Shown here: positions 1 through 10,888 of the stretch, in pieces
Layout of the letters: every line of letters begins with the position of its first letter
Numbering within the stretch: position 1 is the stretch's first letter
IMG/VR virus record: IMGVR_UViG_3300029319_000003
Location: 120,188 to 184,187 of that record
Direction: 5' to 3' (one strand)
Length of the DNA stretch: 64,000 bases
Source of the DNA: a virus
Program-made: the position numbers and the translations under genes
The notes under the pieces: model-generated
The model's input: only the letters and a program-made list of their open reading frames with translations
Database searches by the model: none
Told to the model about the DNA's origin: nothing

Positions 1-1580
1 GTACTGCCAGTGCCGTAATCAAGCACAGTAAATTCGTCACTCAACCTTTCTATCTTATAATAAGCATTTGGAAGTATATTGTTCTCCACAGCCTTGCTTG
101 CTACAGTATAAATAGTTGGCGACCAATCTTTTAATCGCGTATATAAGCGGAATCGGGCATCTTCGTTCCGTGTGTATTTTTGTTTTAAATTTGTAAGCGA
201 AATAACATAGTTCGGGGCTACCGAAGTATCCGGTGCCGAGTGGGTGTTGACACTGATCGATTCTGTGTGGAATGTCGCTCCACCAACCTCATGCCACTTG
301 ACATAAGCAGTGGTAGCGGCATTATCCCAAATCAGGCTCGCTTTATAAATTCCAGTCTCAGGGTTGGTTGCTGTTTGTGCATCAACCTGAGTGCTAAGAC
401 CAGAGTCGGAATACACTCGGCAAGTCACAGTGGGGTTGCCGGGAATATTGATTAGTGTACCGTCCTGATAGTTGTATAGAAAAAGAGTGTTAGCATTATC
501 ACTACGAAGGCTGCTTGATGCATAGAAATTCGAACGATCATCCGCTTTCGATGAATCCCATCTTGCTTCGATACAGGGGCGCTTAAACCAATACTCAGAA
601 CCACGTCCAGAAAATTTCTTGGTGTAAAATGACCGTGGCTCTTCTTCGTGACTTTGTGACAGTTTAATCAGGAAGCCATAATCAGCAGCGCCGCCTATCC
701 AATCGGAAACTTTGGAAGTAACGTCAACAAGTAAGTCTTCTGTGCCTTCTGTAAAAGTAAATGTTCCAATCTTAGAACCACCCACATGACCGCCGGCGGT
801 CGTCCATGCTGTGTAGTCATTTGATCCTGTCAAAGTGTTTCCTGATTTAATCACCACGCCAGTGTCATCGGAGCCTGACCCGCTGACTGTGATCGTAATG
901 TCATCACCAGAGGCTGCGGAGGCGGTCAGCGACACAACCTTGCCACTGACGGCGACATTAACAAGACTGGTAATATCACTATTTGCTTCCAGTGCAGAAC
1001 TCAAAGCAGTTGCCGTGGCATCGGCGTTCGCTCCAACATTTGCTTGAACAAAGTAACCGCCAACTCCGACATGAATCGTTGCGGGCGTAGATGTATCCGT
1101 AGGGTTAGTACTAACCGTAATACTACCGCTGGCATATTGAGATGGAGTGCTTGTGCGATTGATCCATGAGGCTGCGCCAATGTCGCCATACTCCTCCATA
1201 TCAAGACCCGTGCCCTCTTCCCAAGCCTGACCAAGCGCCCACACATCCATAGTGTAATTTGTTGGCAGCGTGCCTCCATGAGTTACGTTAAAAAGTCGCA
1301 AATAATATTTTGCATCGGCTGGAACAGTTCCTGCTGATCTATCGCTTACAATAAGCGATGAAGTGAACTGCACAAGAGTTCTTGCATATTCACGTTCAGC
1401 CTTAACAGCCTTGCCGCCGCCGCCAAAATCTGTGACCGTGGATGCTTGATCATAAATTGAAAAGACTTCTAAAGCATCGGAGGCTCCCATGTTGGAGCCC
1501 GTGCCGCGAAGCGTAAGACCGCTCTTATATGCATTTGTAATTGTCGTATCAGCAGTTGCTGCGTATCTTTTAATAGCCAC
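1..1580 (-). CDS. Putative virion/baseplate-associated structural protein, partial (runs off the left edge); absent from the ORF track
   Basis: Hand translation from GTG at 1580 (overlapping the TAG of the wedge gene) is open to the window edge: MAIKRYAATADTTITNAY...WEEGTGLDMEEY...FYTKKFSGRGSEYWFKRPCIEARWDS. Confidence 0.85.
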   Translation of the reverse strand, partial: MAIKRYAATADTTITNAYKSGLTLRGTGSNMGASDALEVFSIYDQASTVTDFGGGGKAVKAEREYARTLVQFTSSLIVSDRSAGTVPADAKYYLRLFNVTHGGTLPTNYTMDVWALGQAWEEGTGLDMEEYGDIGAASWINRTSTPSQYASGSITVSTNPTDTSTPATIHVGVGGYFVQANVGANADATATALSSALEANSDITSLVNVAVSGKVVSLTASAASGDDITITVSGSGSDDTGVVIKSGNTLTGSNDYTAWTTAGGHVGGSKIGTFTFTEGTEDLLVDVTSKVSDWIGGAADYGFLIKLSQSHEEEPRSFYTKKFSGRGSEYWFKRPCIEARWDSSKADDRSNFYASSSLRSDNANTLFLYNYQDGTLINIPGNPTVTCRVYSDSGLSTQVDAQTATNPETGIYKASLIWDNAATTAYVKWHEVGGATFHTESISVNTHSAPDTSVAPNYVISLTNLKQKYTRNEDARFRLYTRLKDWSPTIYTVASKAVENNILPNAYYKIERLSDEFTVLDYGTGS

Positions 1581-3379
1581 TACGTTACCACTCCCTTGAA
1601 GTCTACTGATGGGAATTTAATTTCAAAAACAACATTTTGTGGAATCATAATATAGCGCCCATCAGCAGAGGTCTGATCATTAATATCAAATCTAATATCA
1701 GAATATGAGCCACCGTACTTCTGAACAATCTTAACATCTGATACATCTACTACAGCATCCAAACGGTTTAATGCGGCAAACACCTCAGTAATAAACAATG
1801 GCTCACCGAAGTCGCGCTTCCTAGAAAAAAGAAGACTAAGTGCTCTTATACATGCAGTTTGCACATCATATTTTGCAACATCTATGCGCCCAACTACTTT
1901 GAAATTGACACCAAAGTTAACGATCTTTCCATCGATAATATCAACGGTATCGTTGACCATCTTGTTTTCATTCAGCCACACTTTTAAATTCTCTTTAATG
2001 GTAGCGTTGGTGGGAATAAGTTGACCAGCGGCACCCTCTGAAATCACATAAATATTTAGATTTCTTTTTAGCGAATCATGATCACGCACCACCTTGCATC
2101 TTTTAATTGCACCAAACTCTGGTGGCATATTATACACCATCGACTCGTAATCCTTTTGAGTGACGGCGCGGTTTTGGGTGGCAAACACATCCTTGATTCT
2201 CATTTTAAGTTCTGTACTAGAGGGCACCGAAACATCTCCAACAATTGGTGCCTCATTGTCAACTTCTAAAGTTTTACGAACGGCTCTGATTTGGTTTTGG
2301 TCCAGCGATGCAGCGTCTCGGAAATAAAATCTAGAGTTAGCAACTCTTGTCAGAGTATTTGTACCTGTGTTAACCATGTCGGCAGAATTCTTTCTATATG
2401 TCACGGTCAGCACAGTATTTGATGGCGCAATACCAAACTTGTCGCTCTCAATCAACCTCGTTGGATCAAAGGAGGTATCACTAATATAATCCTTGCCGTA
2501 TCGCTCTAAAACAACACTAGCAGGATCAGCAATATAATCTTCTGATACTTTAACATCTGAACTGGCTCCAAAAGTAATAAGTGTCTGCCTTCTTTGTTTT
2601 TCAACAATAAATCGACGTGGCACATGGAACGGCTTAAGCAGTGCAGGGGCGTAATCACGATCCTCGTTGGGGTTAGTGATTGGTCGGTAAATAACGTCCT
2701 GAGACAAATAGGGCACTTCGAAGTATTCGTGACCCTCGTTGTCGATAACAGAAATAATTTCTGCCACATCCATAACTCCAAGATTAATTTGTCTAAACTT
2801 TTTATAATCTCTGATGGTAATTCTTTTCTGACGAACCTCTCCCGATACCACCGTTCCATACGCCTTGACGGCAAAAGCAGTTGGAGTACCGGTGCCCGAA
2901 TCGACACGCCCGACTCGCACTTCGTTGTTTGGCTGATCAAAGTGTACATCTTCTGTCAAGGTAAAAGTCAAACCGCCACTTGTTCTAAATGTACTGCCCC
3001 TTTGAAGCACTGGCATATATCTCATATCAGGAGCCACGCCTGTGGTCTGAGCGGGAATCAAAATATAAAAGGTGGCTGTCCCGTATGATGATGGGACACC
3101 TCGGAACCGGTAGCCGGCTTGGCGTCCGAGTTTTAAAACATTATTGTATTCAACGGCAGTGTCAAGAAAAGTTTCATTTGCTTGATAGTCAACATAAAAC
3201 GATAAAACGTCGCCAACATAAGCAACTGTATCTAGCATCAATGAGCCAAAACTTGCCTCGTTAAAGTCCTTATAGGAATCTGGATAATATCTCTTCGCAT
3301 ATTGAACCAGTTCGCTCTTGATAGATTCAAAATCCCGTGCGGTATATTTAATTGGGACTGTTTTCTTGTCTGTTGCCAT
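1580..3379 (-). CDS. Baseplate wedge subunit (T4 gp6 / baseplate J-like)
   Basis: N-terminus YTARDFESIKSELVQYAKRYYPDSYKDFNEASFGSLMLDTVAYVGDVLSFY; later RAVTQKDY motif; adjacent to gp25-like gene. Confidence 0.9.
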   Translation of the reverse strand: MATDKKTVPIKYTARDFESIKSELVQYAKRYYPDSYKDFNEASFGSLMLDTVAYVGDVLSFYVDYQANETFLDTAVEYNNVLKLGRQAGYRFRGVPSSYGTATFYILIPAQTTGVAPDMRYMPVLQRGSTFRTSGGLTFTLTEDVHFDQPNNEVRVGRVDSGTGTPTAFAVKAYGTVVSGEVRQKRITIRDYKKFRQINLGVMDVAEIISVIDNEGHEYFEVPYLSQDVIYRPITNPNEDRDYAPALLKPFHVPRRFIVEKQRRQTLITFGASSDVKVSEDYIADPASVVLERYGKDYISDTSFDPTRLIESDKFGIAPSNTVLTVTYRKNSADMVNTGTNTLTRVANSRFYFRDAASLDQNQIRAVRKTLEVDNEAPIVGDVSVPSSTELKMRIKDVFATQNRAVTQKDYESMVYNMPPEFGAIKRCKVVRDHDSLKRNLNIYVISEGAAGQLIPTNATIKENLKVWLNENKMVNDTVDIIDGKIVNFGVNFKVVGRIDVAKYDVQTACIRALSLLFSRKRDFGEPLFITEVFAALNRLDAVVDVSDVKIVQKYGGSYSDIRFDINDQTSADGRYIMIPQNVVFEIKFPSVDFKGVVT

Positions 3380-3402
3380 TAGTGCTCGCCTCCAACCAAT
3401 AA

Positions 3403-3804
3403 TTAGTCATTCGAAACAGATACTGCCAAAGTATCCTTATATGATATTGGCGTAATTGTGTATACTATTTTAACCTTTAAAAAGTTTGGAGCCAGACCAG
3501 CATCATATCCTTCTGTTTCAGAACTTTCAAATCCAATATCATGTAGTTCGACAAATGGCATGTATTTCTTCATTTGCCTTTTAATCGTCGCAGCAATTGT
3601 CCCGTATGTTGATTGAATATTTGGCTCAAATAGAAACCGTCGCATACCCACACCGAATAGCGGATCCATGATCCGTTCGCCGGGATTCGTAAGAAGAATC
3701 ATTTTCATGTTTTGCAAAACCATTTCAGGATATGTCTTGTTTAAAGCATGTCCATCTTGCTCATCTGTTGTGAACGGTAGTTTTGGGGATAGTCCTTTTG
3801 CCAT
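3403..3804 (-). CDS. Baseplate wedge protein, gp25/GPW-like
   Basis: VLQNMKMILLTNPGERIMDPLFGVGMRRFLFEP is the gp25 signature; start moved to MAKGLSP (ATG 3804, GGAG upstream). Confidence 0.9.
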   Translation of the reverse strand: MAKGLSPKLPFTTDEQDGHALNKTYPEMVLQNMKMILLTNPGERIMDPLFGVGMRRFLFEPNIQSTYGTIAATIKRQMKKYMPFVELHDIGFESSETEGYDAGLAPNFLKVKIVYTITPISYKDTLAVSVSND

Positions 3805-3808
3805 ATCA

Positions 3809-6800
3809 TTAACACTCCGGTAAGCAGCCGCCGTCGTCACTCATTCCCTTTTCTTCAGCCTTGTTGGGCAATTCGAATCCAAGATCCATACCGCCGCCGG
3901 CGCTTGCGCTAAGATCGAGGTTACCTAATCCTAACGCCAAATAGATCAAACCAAGTGGCGTAATTGGTGGACCGGGCATCCCCAAGAATATATTCATAGG
4001 TAGCATGCCGAATGAAATAATTGGCACAGGAATTGCAACACCAAGCAAACATCCGAGAGAAAATAGTTTTACTGCAATAGAAATATTCGGATCCATAAAC
4101 TCGACAACAAACTTAAACACAAGTAGCGGTGTCATCAACATCATCTTGAAGACGAAACCAAGCCCTAAGCCCTTCAAGCAAAGTCCAAACCCAAAGTTCA
4201 AACCAAAACACTTTGCCAACTTACTTGCAAGTTTGCCCGAGGCATTACTGAGCCCTCCAGAGCCTCCGACGCAAAGCATATTATCATCTTCATATGTGTA
4301 ATCTCCACCATTCAAAAGAATCCAGAAAAGCCTATGAAGTTCATCACGGGTGTTTTCGAAACTCAACGGAACGCCATCATAATTAGACACGGCGGTGATA
4401 GTATAAAGCGTCAACATTGACATGTATCGGTTAAGAGGGAAAGTGTATCCAAACATCACGTCAAACCACTCGTCTTCTTGAATTTGCTGATGCAAATCAT
4501 AAGTTGGATGGCTTGTTTCAAAGTAACTTCCATCACTAACATCGCCAAGGAGCATAGACAAATCAAGATCTTGCTCAACAGAAACCAGTGGAACTGGGGT
4601 GATCAAGCGAACAATTTCAGTATCTTCTAAAGTATTTGTACCCAGCGCGGATGTGTCAAGGGTCGCTTTTTGTGCGGGGAAAGTTTCATACACCGCGAAC
4701 GCTGCGTTTTCTCTGGCTGCGGAATGATGCTCTTCGCTGAAAGTCTCGACCAAGGCTCCAAAATTATATGTGGCATTTTGTGCCCCGAGAGTGTTTGAAA
4801 TGACAGGGAAACTCTGCGAAGACAACACAGATGAATAATCAGACGAAGGCACCAGTGTCCCACTCGGATCTGTTTCCAGTGACGAACTCACATAAGGCAC
4901 CTCAACCATTTGTTGGTCGCTCATAGGAGGAATATATGTAAGACGATAACCATATTTTATTTCTGAATACAGTTCGTTTAGCCTTGCTTCCTCGCGTGGA
5001 TTTTCTGCACGCTCCTCTTCAGTCCTCAAGTCGGTTTCAATAATTTGAGCCATAAACTGTGAAAAGTTTTCAGGGTTTACAACGCCGGTTGTATTTGCAA
5101 ATTCTGTTGTGCTTCCCACCTCTTCGCCGTATCGTCTGGCAGTGTCCAACCACTCCTGCTTCAGACCACCCTTTTCCACAACCCTGACATATCTTTCAAG
5201 AATAAAGTTGCCGTTTGTAAGATCAAACGAAACGCCGTCTTTTGATGTGATTAGAGACTCGTTATCTAAAATGGCATCGCCTGTCTCATATTCGTCACTC
5301 GCAGAGCGCGTGCCATCGTCGTCAACATTTACACCGAGAACTTCATAATTATCAGCGGTTACCACATCATCATTCAACTCCGAGAATCGAACATCATATT
5401 GACTAGATGGAGTGTTAAATACCGGCACATAAGTACTGAGCCATTTATTCTTAACACTTGTTACATTACCAGTCGTGCCAAGCAGATCTTGAAGATCCTT
5501 TGCAACATCAGTGACCTGCTCTTTGATCAAGTAAGGCATGGACCAGCCGGTGGGATGAGAAAATTCATTAAATTCTCCCGAAGTTATTTTGATTTGCCGC
5601 TCTGCCTCTTCTTCTTCAAAGTAACCTTCAGCGACCATGTTATGGTAAGTCAGATCAGCCTGCTCCATAAATCGAAGATAATAATTCTGGCTATACGCAC
5701 GAATGTCGGTTTCCATCAACTTGGCAAACATATCTAATGATGCGGCGTCAAGAACGGCTTCCACATCAAACGTGGAAAATGCAAACACCCCTCTCAAGAA
5801 ATAGTCAATAAGATTTGCTCTAATCGTTGTTCGAATGCACGCATCCATTGCAGCCCTTTCGATAGAACTCATCTTGTCGCTGCCCTTTCCATCCGTTGCT
5901 GGGGGGTCGTCATCACAAAGACCAGCCAACGCATCATCCATAACTTTTTTCTTTAAGCAGTCAAGATTGAGCAAATGTGGATCGACACCACAAGCACGCT
6001 GGGCATCAGTTGGATCTGGGTTCAACTCGACCAATTCAACCTTCGGAGTCCATGACCAAATTTTATTATCTCCGCTGCCAACAGTTGATTCAATAACATC
6101 AAAGAAGGCTGACGCTGCGACTTCCCTACTGACATGTGAGAAAAGATCTTTTGAAATTTGGGAAAAGAGCGTTGTCTTGAAGTACGATGACATAGAGTCA
6201 TACTTTTCAATCATTGCGGGATTGGAACCAACTGTGCTGGTCCACATGTGCTTAACATACTCTCCGAATACTTCTTGCTGCGGTGAATAAATAACTGTCG
6301 AAAAATCACTACGAACTTTGTCCTGAATTACTTTTTTCCTATCGTAATCCATCTCTACCGAATTCTCTATATGAAGAATTGGCATCCCGTTCATCTTGAC
6401 GGAAATTATATATTCATCATCCAAATAGGTAGATGGATCGGGCGGTGTCACTGCTTCTGCGACTTCCGCAGCCGAAGCATCGCTTTCCAAAAGGGGCTCT
6501 CTGACACCTTCAATCGTACCTACGATGACTTCGGACTCATCCTCTTCTGTGACTATGGGCTTTGCAACCGGCATATGATATTCAATAGACCAGTTGGGAA
6601 GTGCATTTTGAAATTGGGAAAAGATTGAAGTGTCAATGTCCAGATCGCCAAAATCAATATCATCTAATTCTTGCAGCCCCTGCATGGCGTTAACAGCATT
6701 CGGATCCGGTGGCAAGATCATTTCATAATAATAACTTCCAGAAGTGTCGTACTTCATCGTGAAAGCGTCATTGCCTTCCAAGCCCTCAAGACTATCCTTC

Positions 6801-9800
6801 ACATGTGGAGCACACCGCTTCTTTTGAGTGTCAACATCTGTGTATTTGTTAATGTAGTCATCATGGTCCAAGTCAAACGGATCAGCCTTCTTTTTCAAAA
6901 AAGCAACTTCAGGAATTCCCTGCGCCATCATTCTTTTAACTTCAGGATGAGGAACCCAATGGTTGGTCATGTCTCCGTCTTCGTCTTTCAACTTTCTTTC
7001 GACAAGAGTAGGTACCTGTTGCTTTACAGTGGTATTCTCAATCATAGGAGATGCCCACTCTTGAGCGTCTAAATTAAATGCCATGTATGTTGGCTCAAAC
7101 ATAGTATCGATAGTCTTACGCATCATGTAAGTCACCGACTCAGGCAACTCATCCACCAAGCCGGGAGTAATCGTTCCGTCTGGGTTCTTTACACAAAACA
7201 CTGGGGGTGCTGTAAACTCTCCGTCTTCCAACTCTTCTAGAAGGTTTTGAATTTGCTCTGCTTGTTTTTTCTTTCTATCCTTAACCTTGTCAAGCATTTC
7301 TTCGATCTGATCATCGGTAATGTCATCGCCCTTGTCACGCAACAAGTCTTCCCGCAGTCTTCGCAGCGAACCGTCAATGTCACAAAGGGGTCGATCCGAA
7401 GGTAGGTAAAGTTTTGGCGCACCAATAGAGCCTTCAGCCAACTTGTCGCACAGACTACTGTCTGCCAAGCCGCCAATCGCCCTAAACGCCGCTACAATCT
7501 TTGTAGTGGAATTAAGTTTTGAGAACTCTTGTCTGTAATTTACAATTAAAGATTTTACAAGTTCAACAACATACGGAGGCGGGTTGCCATTCAAAAGCGC
7601 ACAAAGTTCGCCGGGTGTCAACAAGGCAGAAACGTCATCTAAGAAGCCACCAATTTGAGCGGCTGGAGTCTCCTCTGTCTGACCGCCGGCTTCATCTTGT
7701 GCTGCCTGATCATCCACTTCGTCAGGCGTCAAGCCCATTGCATCAAGAAGGTCTGCCACGTCATCTGCATTCGCGCCATTGTCTGCCAGCAGATCTCCAA
7801 TGTTTTCACCACCAAAATCATCTGTAGTGTTGTTGTCTGCATCCTTACAATCAGCAACCAAGCCGTTGAGCAAACCCTTGACCATTTCTACAAACATCTG
7901 GGTGATCATTTCTTTGATCATCTCAACCAGCATATCTTTGAAGCCTGCCATAATGTCGGCAATCGGCATTTCATCCGGCAATGACAACTTAGGGATCTTA
8001 AAGTTCTTTGGAAGTTCTGGCTCCCACAAAGCATCGACAGATTCGAATAAATCTTCAATACCACCGGCAAGGTCGCTTAAGTTATCCATCATATCACCAA
8101 TTGCAGATAAGTCAATCTCAACCGATGGAAGTGAAATTTGCTGACATGCTAACAATCTTAGCAATAGATCAGCAATTGGAATTCTTGCCAAAATTGCCCT
8201 AAAGGCATCGTCAAGATCATGAATCTGAGCAACGGTTGCTGCTAAGTCTTGAAGTACAGGATCTCCAGTGTAATCTTTCCTATTTTTCACACCAGCCACA
8301 ATTGCAGATTTAAGACCAAGATTATTCATAATCTCTGAATCTTCTTTCAACTTGACGGTGTTAGATTTTTTACCGTTTTTTGTTTTCGTCTCCGCTTCAA
8401 AGGCATCGGCAACATCAACAGAGCCGGCACACTTATTAGCCTTATCTGATGGATAGACCGTAGGCGGTTCTGGCTTGATGAACACATTTAAAAACTCCAT
8501 CCACGGAACATTGCTGTACTCAACATTAGAAATTACTTCTGAAAAGAATAGAAGCGCCATTGTGGTTGGATCATCAAACGGATCGGATTTGACTAATTGT
8601 TTAAATCCACGGGTGGGTAAGTTTCTTAAATAAGACGGGGCGCTTTCTGTGTACTGAATCCAAACTAAATTGAAATCTTTATCCCACCCCAACTCTACAA
8701 GATCTTCCGACTCTTCTCGGAACCGCCGGTCATTTTCCAGCATGTGAGTTTTTAGTTTCCCCACACATGCTCTAATACGATCACCCTGCTCTGTCAAGTT
8801 AATACATGGCTCGACCGCATAGCCACTCTTATTCATGTCTTTCTGATATTGCTGAAGTTTTTTAGCGGCTTTCTTGACAATAGCCCTCATTTGGTTAGAA
8901 TAAAAAGGCTGATAATAGATTACCTCGGATGCAGCAAAAGAACTACCGCTCTTTTCATATTCCTTATCAGGACTGTAGCCCATCGTCACCTTGCCTCGGG
9001 CTGCTACCGAATCAAGACCCCCAACATATTTCTCTGGGACGGTCACCAAGACTCTAAGGTGACTCTTTGGTCGCGGATCAATATACCAGTCTTCTGCGCG
9101 GGCAAAACAAAAATGGGACAACAATTCTTCAATATAATCTGTGCTGTGCTTTTTATCAAGGTAACTTAATATCTCTTCAACACCCGTGTAAAGTGCCTCT
9201 TCCATTCTGTTAGTAAGTTCAGATCCGCCTGTTGTAGTGTATTGTGTCTCTACTGGGATGCACCACTTTGCCGTTTGTTTATCAAAATAAACCTTATTGG
9301 GCGTCTGCCCATCCCAATTAATAAGCCATGCCGATGAGTCGGGAAGAGATTTTTTTGATGGAATCATCTCCAAAGAAGCGGGCGTTCCATCTAGCGGTTC
9401 CAAAAATTTATATTTAACATATACAGCCTCAGTGTATGCCGAGGTCGGGACGATCACTTGCGCCCATTCACATTTATATCCAACGCCTTCGTCCACCACG
9501 ATAACTTGAGCATCGTCGTCAAGCATTTCTAATAGTTTGCCTTTACGACCCGGATCCCTCTTTGCATAATCTGATGTACGGAGCAAGGAATAGTTATCTC
9601 GCAGCGCCAACCCCTTGCCCTCGGTGACCACTCGGTGCGTTGCAGTGGAGGGCATTGGTGGAACCATAGAAGTCATTTCATATTCTGAATCTTGCTCGGA
9701 AATCGTTGAGATTTCGGAAACTTCATTTTTCGATGCACTTGCTCTTTGGCTGTGCAACTCAGTAAGAGCCTGTGCAATGTGTGTATTCAGATCATTATCC

Positions 9801-9940
9801 CACGTTTTCGCCGCCGTTCGATTAGACGGGCGCGAACCACTTTTTTCTTCAAACTCAACAACCGCTGAATCATAAATCGCCTGCGCTTCGGGGTCGCGGG
9901 AAAGATTTATTGTTGTTCCATTAACTTTGATTGTCTTCAT
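3809..9940 (-). CDS. 2043-aa acidic protein, probably baseplate/tail associated; N-terminal SH3b-like segment and hydrophobic C-terminus
   Basis: Long intact ORF between spike and gp25 genes; HRVVTEGKGLALR...WAQVIVP...YVKYKFLEPL resembles SH3b; C-terminal ~100 aa are hydrophobic and Gly/Pro-rich. Confidence 0.55.
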   Translation of the reverse strand: MKTIKVNGTTINLSRDPEAQAIYDSAVVEFEEKSGSRPSNRTAAKTWDNDLNTHIAQALTELHSQRASASKNEVSEISTISEQDSEYEMTSMVPPMPSTATHRVVTEGKGLALRDNYSLLRTSDYAKRDPGRKGKLLEMLDDDAQVIVVDEGVGYKCEWAQVIVPTSAYTEAVYVKYKFLEPLDGTPASLEMIPSKKSLPDSSAWLINWDGQTPNKVYFDKQTAKWCIPVETQYTTTGGSELTNRMEEALYTGVEEILSYLDKKHSTDYIEELLSHFCFARAEDWYIDPRPKSHLRVLVTVPEKYVGGLDSVAARGKVTMGYSPDKEYEKSGSSFAASEVIYYQPFYSNQMRAIVKKAAKKLQQYQKDMNKSGYAVEPCINLTEQGDRIRACVGKLKTHMLENDRRFREESEDLVELGWDKDFNLVWIQYTESAPSYLRNLPTRGFKQLVKSDPFDDPTTMALLFFSEVISNVEYSNVPWMEFLNVFIKPEPPTVYPSDKANKCAGSVDVADAFEAETKTKNGKKSNTVKLKEDSEIMNNLGLKSAIVAGVKNRKDYTGDPVLQDLAATVAQIHDLDDAFRAILARIPIADLLLRLLACQQISLPSVEIDLSAIGDMMDNLSDLAGGIEDLFESVDALWEPELPKNFKIPKLSLPDEMPIADIMAGFKDMLVEMIKEMITQMFVEMVKGLLNGLVADCKDADNNTTDDFGGENIGDLLADNGANADDVADLLDAMGLTPDEVDDQAAQDEAGGQTEETPAAQIGGFLDDVSALLTPGELCALLNGNPPPYVVELVKSLIVNYRQEFSKLNSTTKIVAAFRAIGGLADSSLCDKLAEGSIGAPKLYLPSDRPLCDIDGSLRRLREDLLRDKGDDITDDQIEEMLDKVKDRKKKQAEQIQNLLEELEDGEFTAPPVFCVKNPDGTITPGLVDELPESVTYMMRKTIDTMFEPTYMAFNLDAQEWASPMIENTTVKQQVPTLVERKLKDEDGDMTNHWVPHPEVKRMMAQGIPEVAFLKKKADPFDLDHDDYINKYTDVDTQKKRCAPHVKDSLEGLEGNDAFTMKYDTSGSYYYEMILPPDPNAVNAMQGLQELDDIDFGDLDIDTSIFSQFQNALPNWSIEYHMPVAKPIVTEEDESEVIVGTIEGVREPLLESDASAAEVAEAVTPPDPSTYLDDEYIISVKMNGMPILHIENSVEMDYDRKKVIQDKVRSDFSTVIYSPQQEVFGEYVKHMWTSTVGSNPAMIEKYDSMSSYFKTTLFSQISKDLFSHVSREVAASAFFDVIESTVGSGDNKIWSWTPKVELVELNPDPTDAQRACGVDPHLLNLDCLKKKVMDDALAGLCDDDPPATDGKGSDKMSSIERAAMDACIRTTIRANLIDYFLRGVFAFSTFDVEAVLDAASLDMFAKLMETDIRAYSQNYYLRFMEQADLTYHNMVAEGYFEEEEAERQIKITSGEFNEFSHPTGWSMPYLIKEQVTDVAKDLQDLLGTTGNVTSVKNKWLSTYVPVFNTPSSQYDVRFSELNDDVVTADNYEVLGVNVDDDGTRSASDEYETGDAILDNESLITSKDGVSFDLTNGNFILERYVRVVEKGGLKQEWLDTARRYGEEVGSTTEFANTTGVVNPENFSQFMAQIIETDLRTEEERAENPREEARLNELYSEIKYGYRLTYIPPMSDQQMVEVPYVSSSLETDPSGTLVPSSDYSSVLSSQSFPVISNTLGAQNATYNFGALVETFSEEHHSAARENAAFAVYETFPAQKATLDTSALGTNTLEDTEIVRLITPVPLVSVEQDLDLSMLLGDVSDGSYFETSHPTYDLHQQIQEDEWFDVMFGYTFPLNRYMSMLTLYTITAVSNYDGVPLSFENTRDELHRLFWILLNGGDYTYEDDNMLCVGGSGGLSNASGKLASKLAKCFGLNFGFGLCLKGLGLGFVFKMMLMTPLLVFKFVVEFMDPNISIAVKLFSLGCLLGVAIPVPIISFGMLPMNIFLGMPGPPITPLGLIYLALGLGNLDLSASAGGGMDLGFELPNKAEEKGMSDDGGCLPEC

Positions 9941-9952
9941 AATAGCATCCTA

Positions 9953-10879
9953 CTAGTTCACATTATTGTACGCGCTGTTGATATACTTACCGCCGGAGAC
10001 AACAAGATATGTGTTTTCCATCATAACCAAGTTTGTTTTATGCATCATAAGACCGAGTTTAACTTGAGTCAACATGTCGATAGCCGCCTTAATCCCACCA
10101 GCCACAACAGGAGGTGAAGGAGAAGTGGGCATGCCATAAAACGGAGAAAAATGAAAATGAGAAGCCAACTGAGAATTAAAAGTCATTTGAATCATACACA
10201 AAGAATCAACAATACCATTTAGTTTATCCATGTGGTGTACAATTCTCTGGAGTGCCATTTCCAAGTTATTACCGAGAACCATCGGCTGCAAATTCTCATC
10301 ATCGTTACCTGCAATAATATCCACTCCACTTACGCCTTTAACGTCTGCTCCTTGTGAGTTCGTTAGGTCGGTCTTTGTAACGAGTTTTATTCCCTCTCTC
10401 GCAATGACACGAATCTGATCTGCCTTTAAAGCAACCGCAGATTTTGTGTCAGCAGTCCCGACAGCGCCGGGAGCCAAAGCAAAGTTTTTATCAACATCGG
10501 TTTTTTGGCTAATGTAGATGCGTGCGGCATCTGTTTTAAAACTTGGATCGACATATACCGGCTCGTCATCTTCAAATTCAGTTGGCTGGTAAGCCATACG
10601 CCCAACAACCATGTCGATGGAAGCACACTGAGTGTATCCCTTACCGCCGTATCCACTTAGACGAGATGCGTGCCTATCTCGACCAAGCACAACCCAAGAG
10701 TTAGCCATTTTATAAACCTTCTCTGTGTCGCATGAAATAAAGTTAGGTACCGGCTCTTTGATGGGGTCGCCACCAATGCCCATGTTTCTAAGTCTTGTTG
10801 TTTCACTGGACGCTGCCAGTTTGTCTGCTGCCTTTTGATTTCCATTCTCTAAATCAACGGCTTTTTTTAGATCACCCAT
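9953..10879 (-). CDS. Baseplate central spike-like protein
   Basis: Beta-helix-like stretch (DAARIYISQKTDVD; KSAVALKADQIRVIAREGIKLVT) and C-terminal HxH (SHFHFSP), as in metal-tipped spikes; baseplate context. Confidence 0.6.
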   Translation of the reverse strand: MGDLKKAVDLENGNQKAADKLAASSETTRLRNMGIGGDPIKEPVPNFISCDTEKVYKMANSWVVLGRDRHASRLSGYGGKGYTQCASIDMVVGRMAYQPTEFEDDEPVYVDPSFKTDAARIYISQKTDVDKNFALAPGAVGTADTKSAVALKADQIRVIAREGIKLVTKTDLTNSQGADVKGVSGVDIIAGNDDENLQPMVLGNNLEMALQRIVHHMDKLNGIVDSLCMIQMTFNSQLASHFHFSPFYGMPTSPSPPVVAGGIKAAIDMLTQVKLGLMMHKTNLVMMENTYLVVSGGKYINSAYNNVN

Positions 10880-10888
10880 GTGTCTTCC

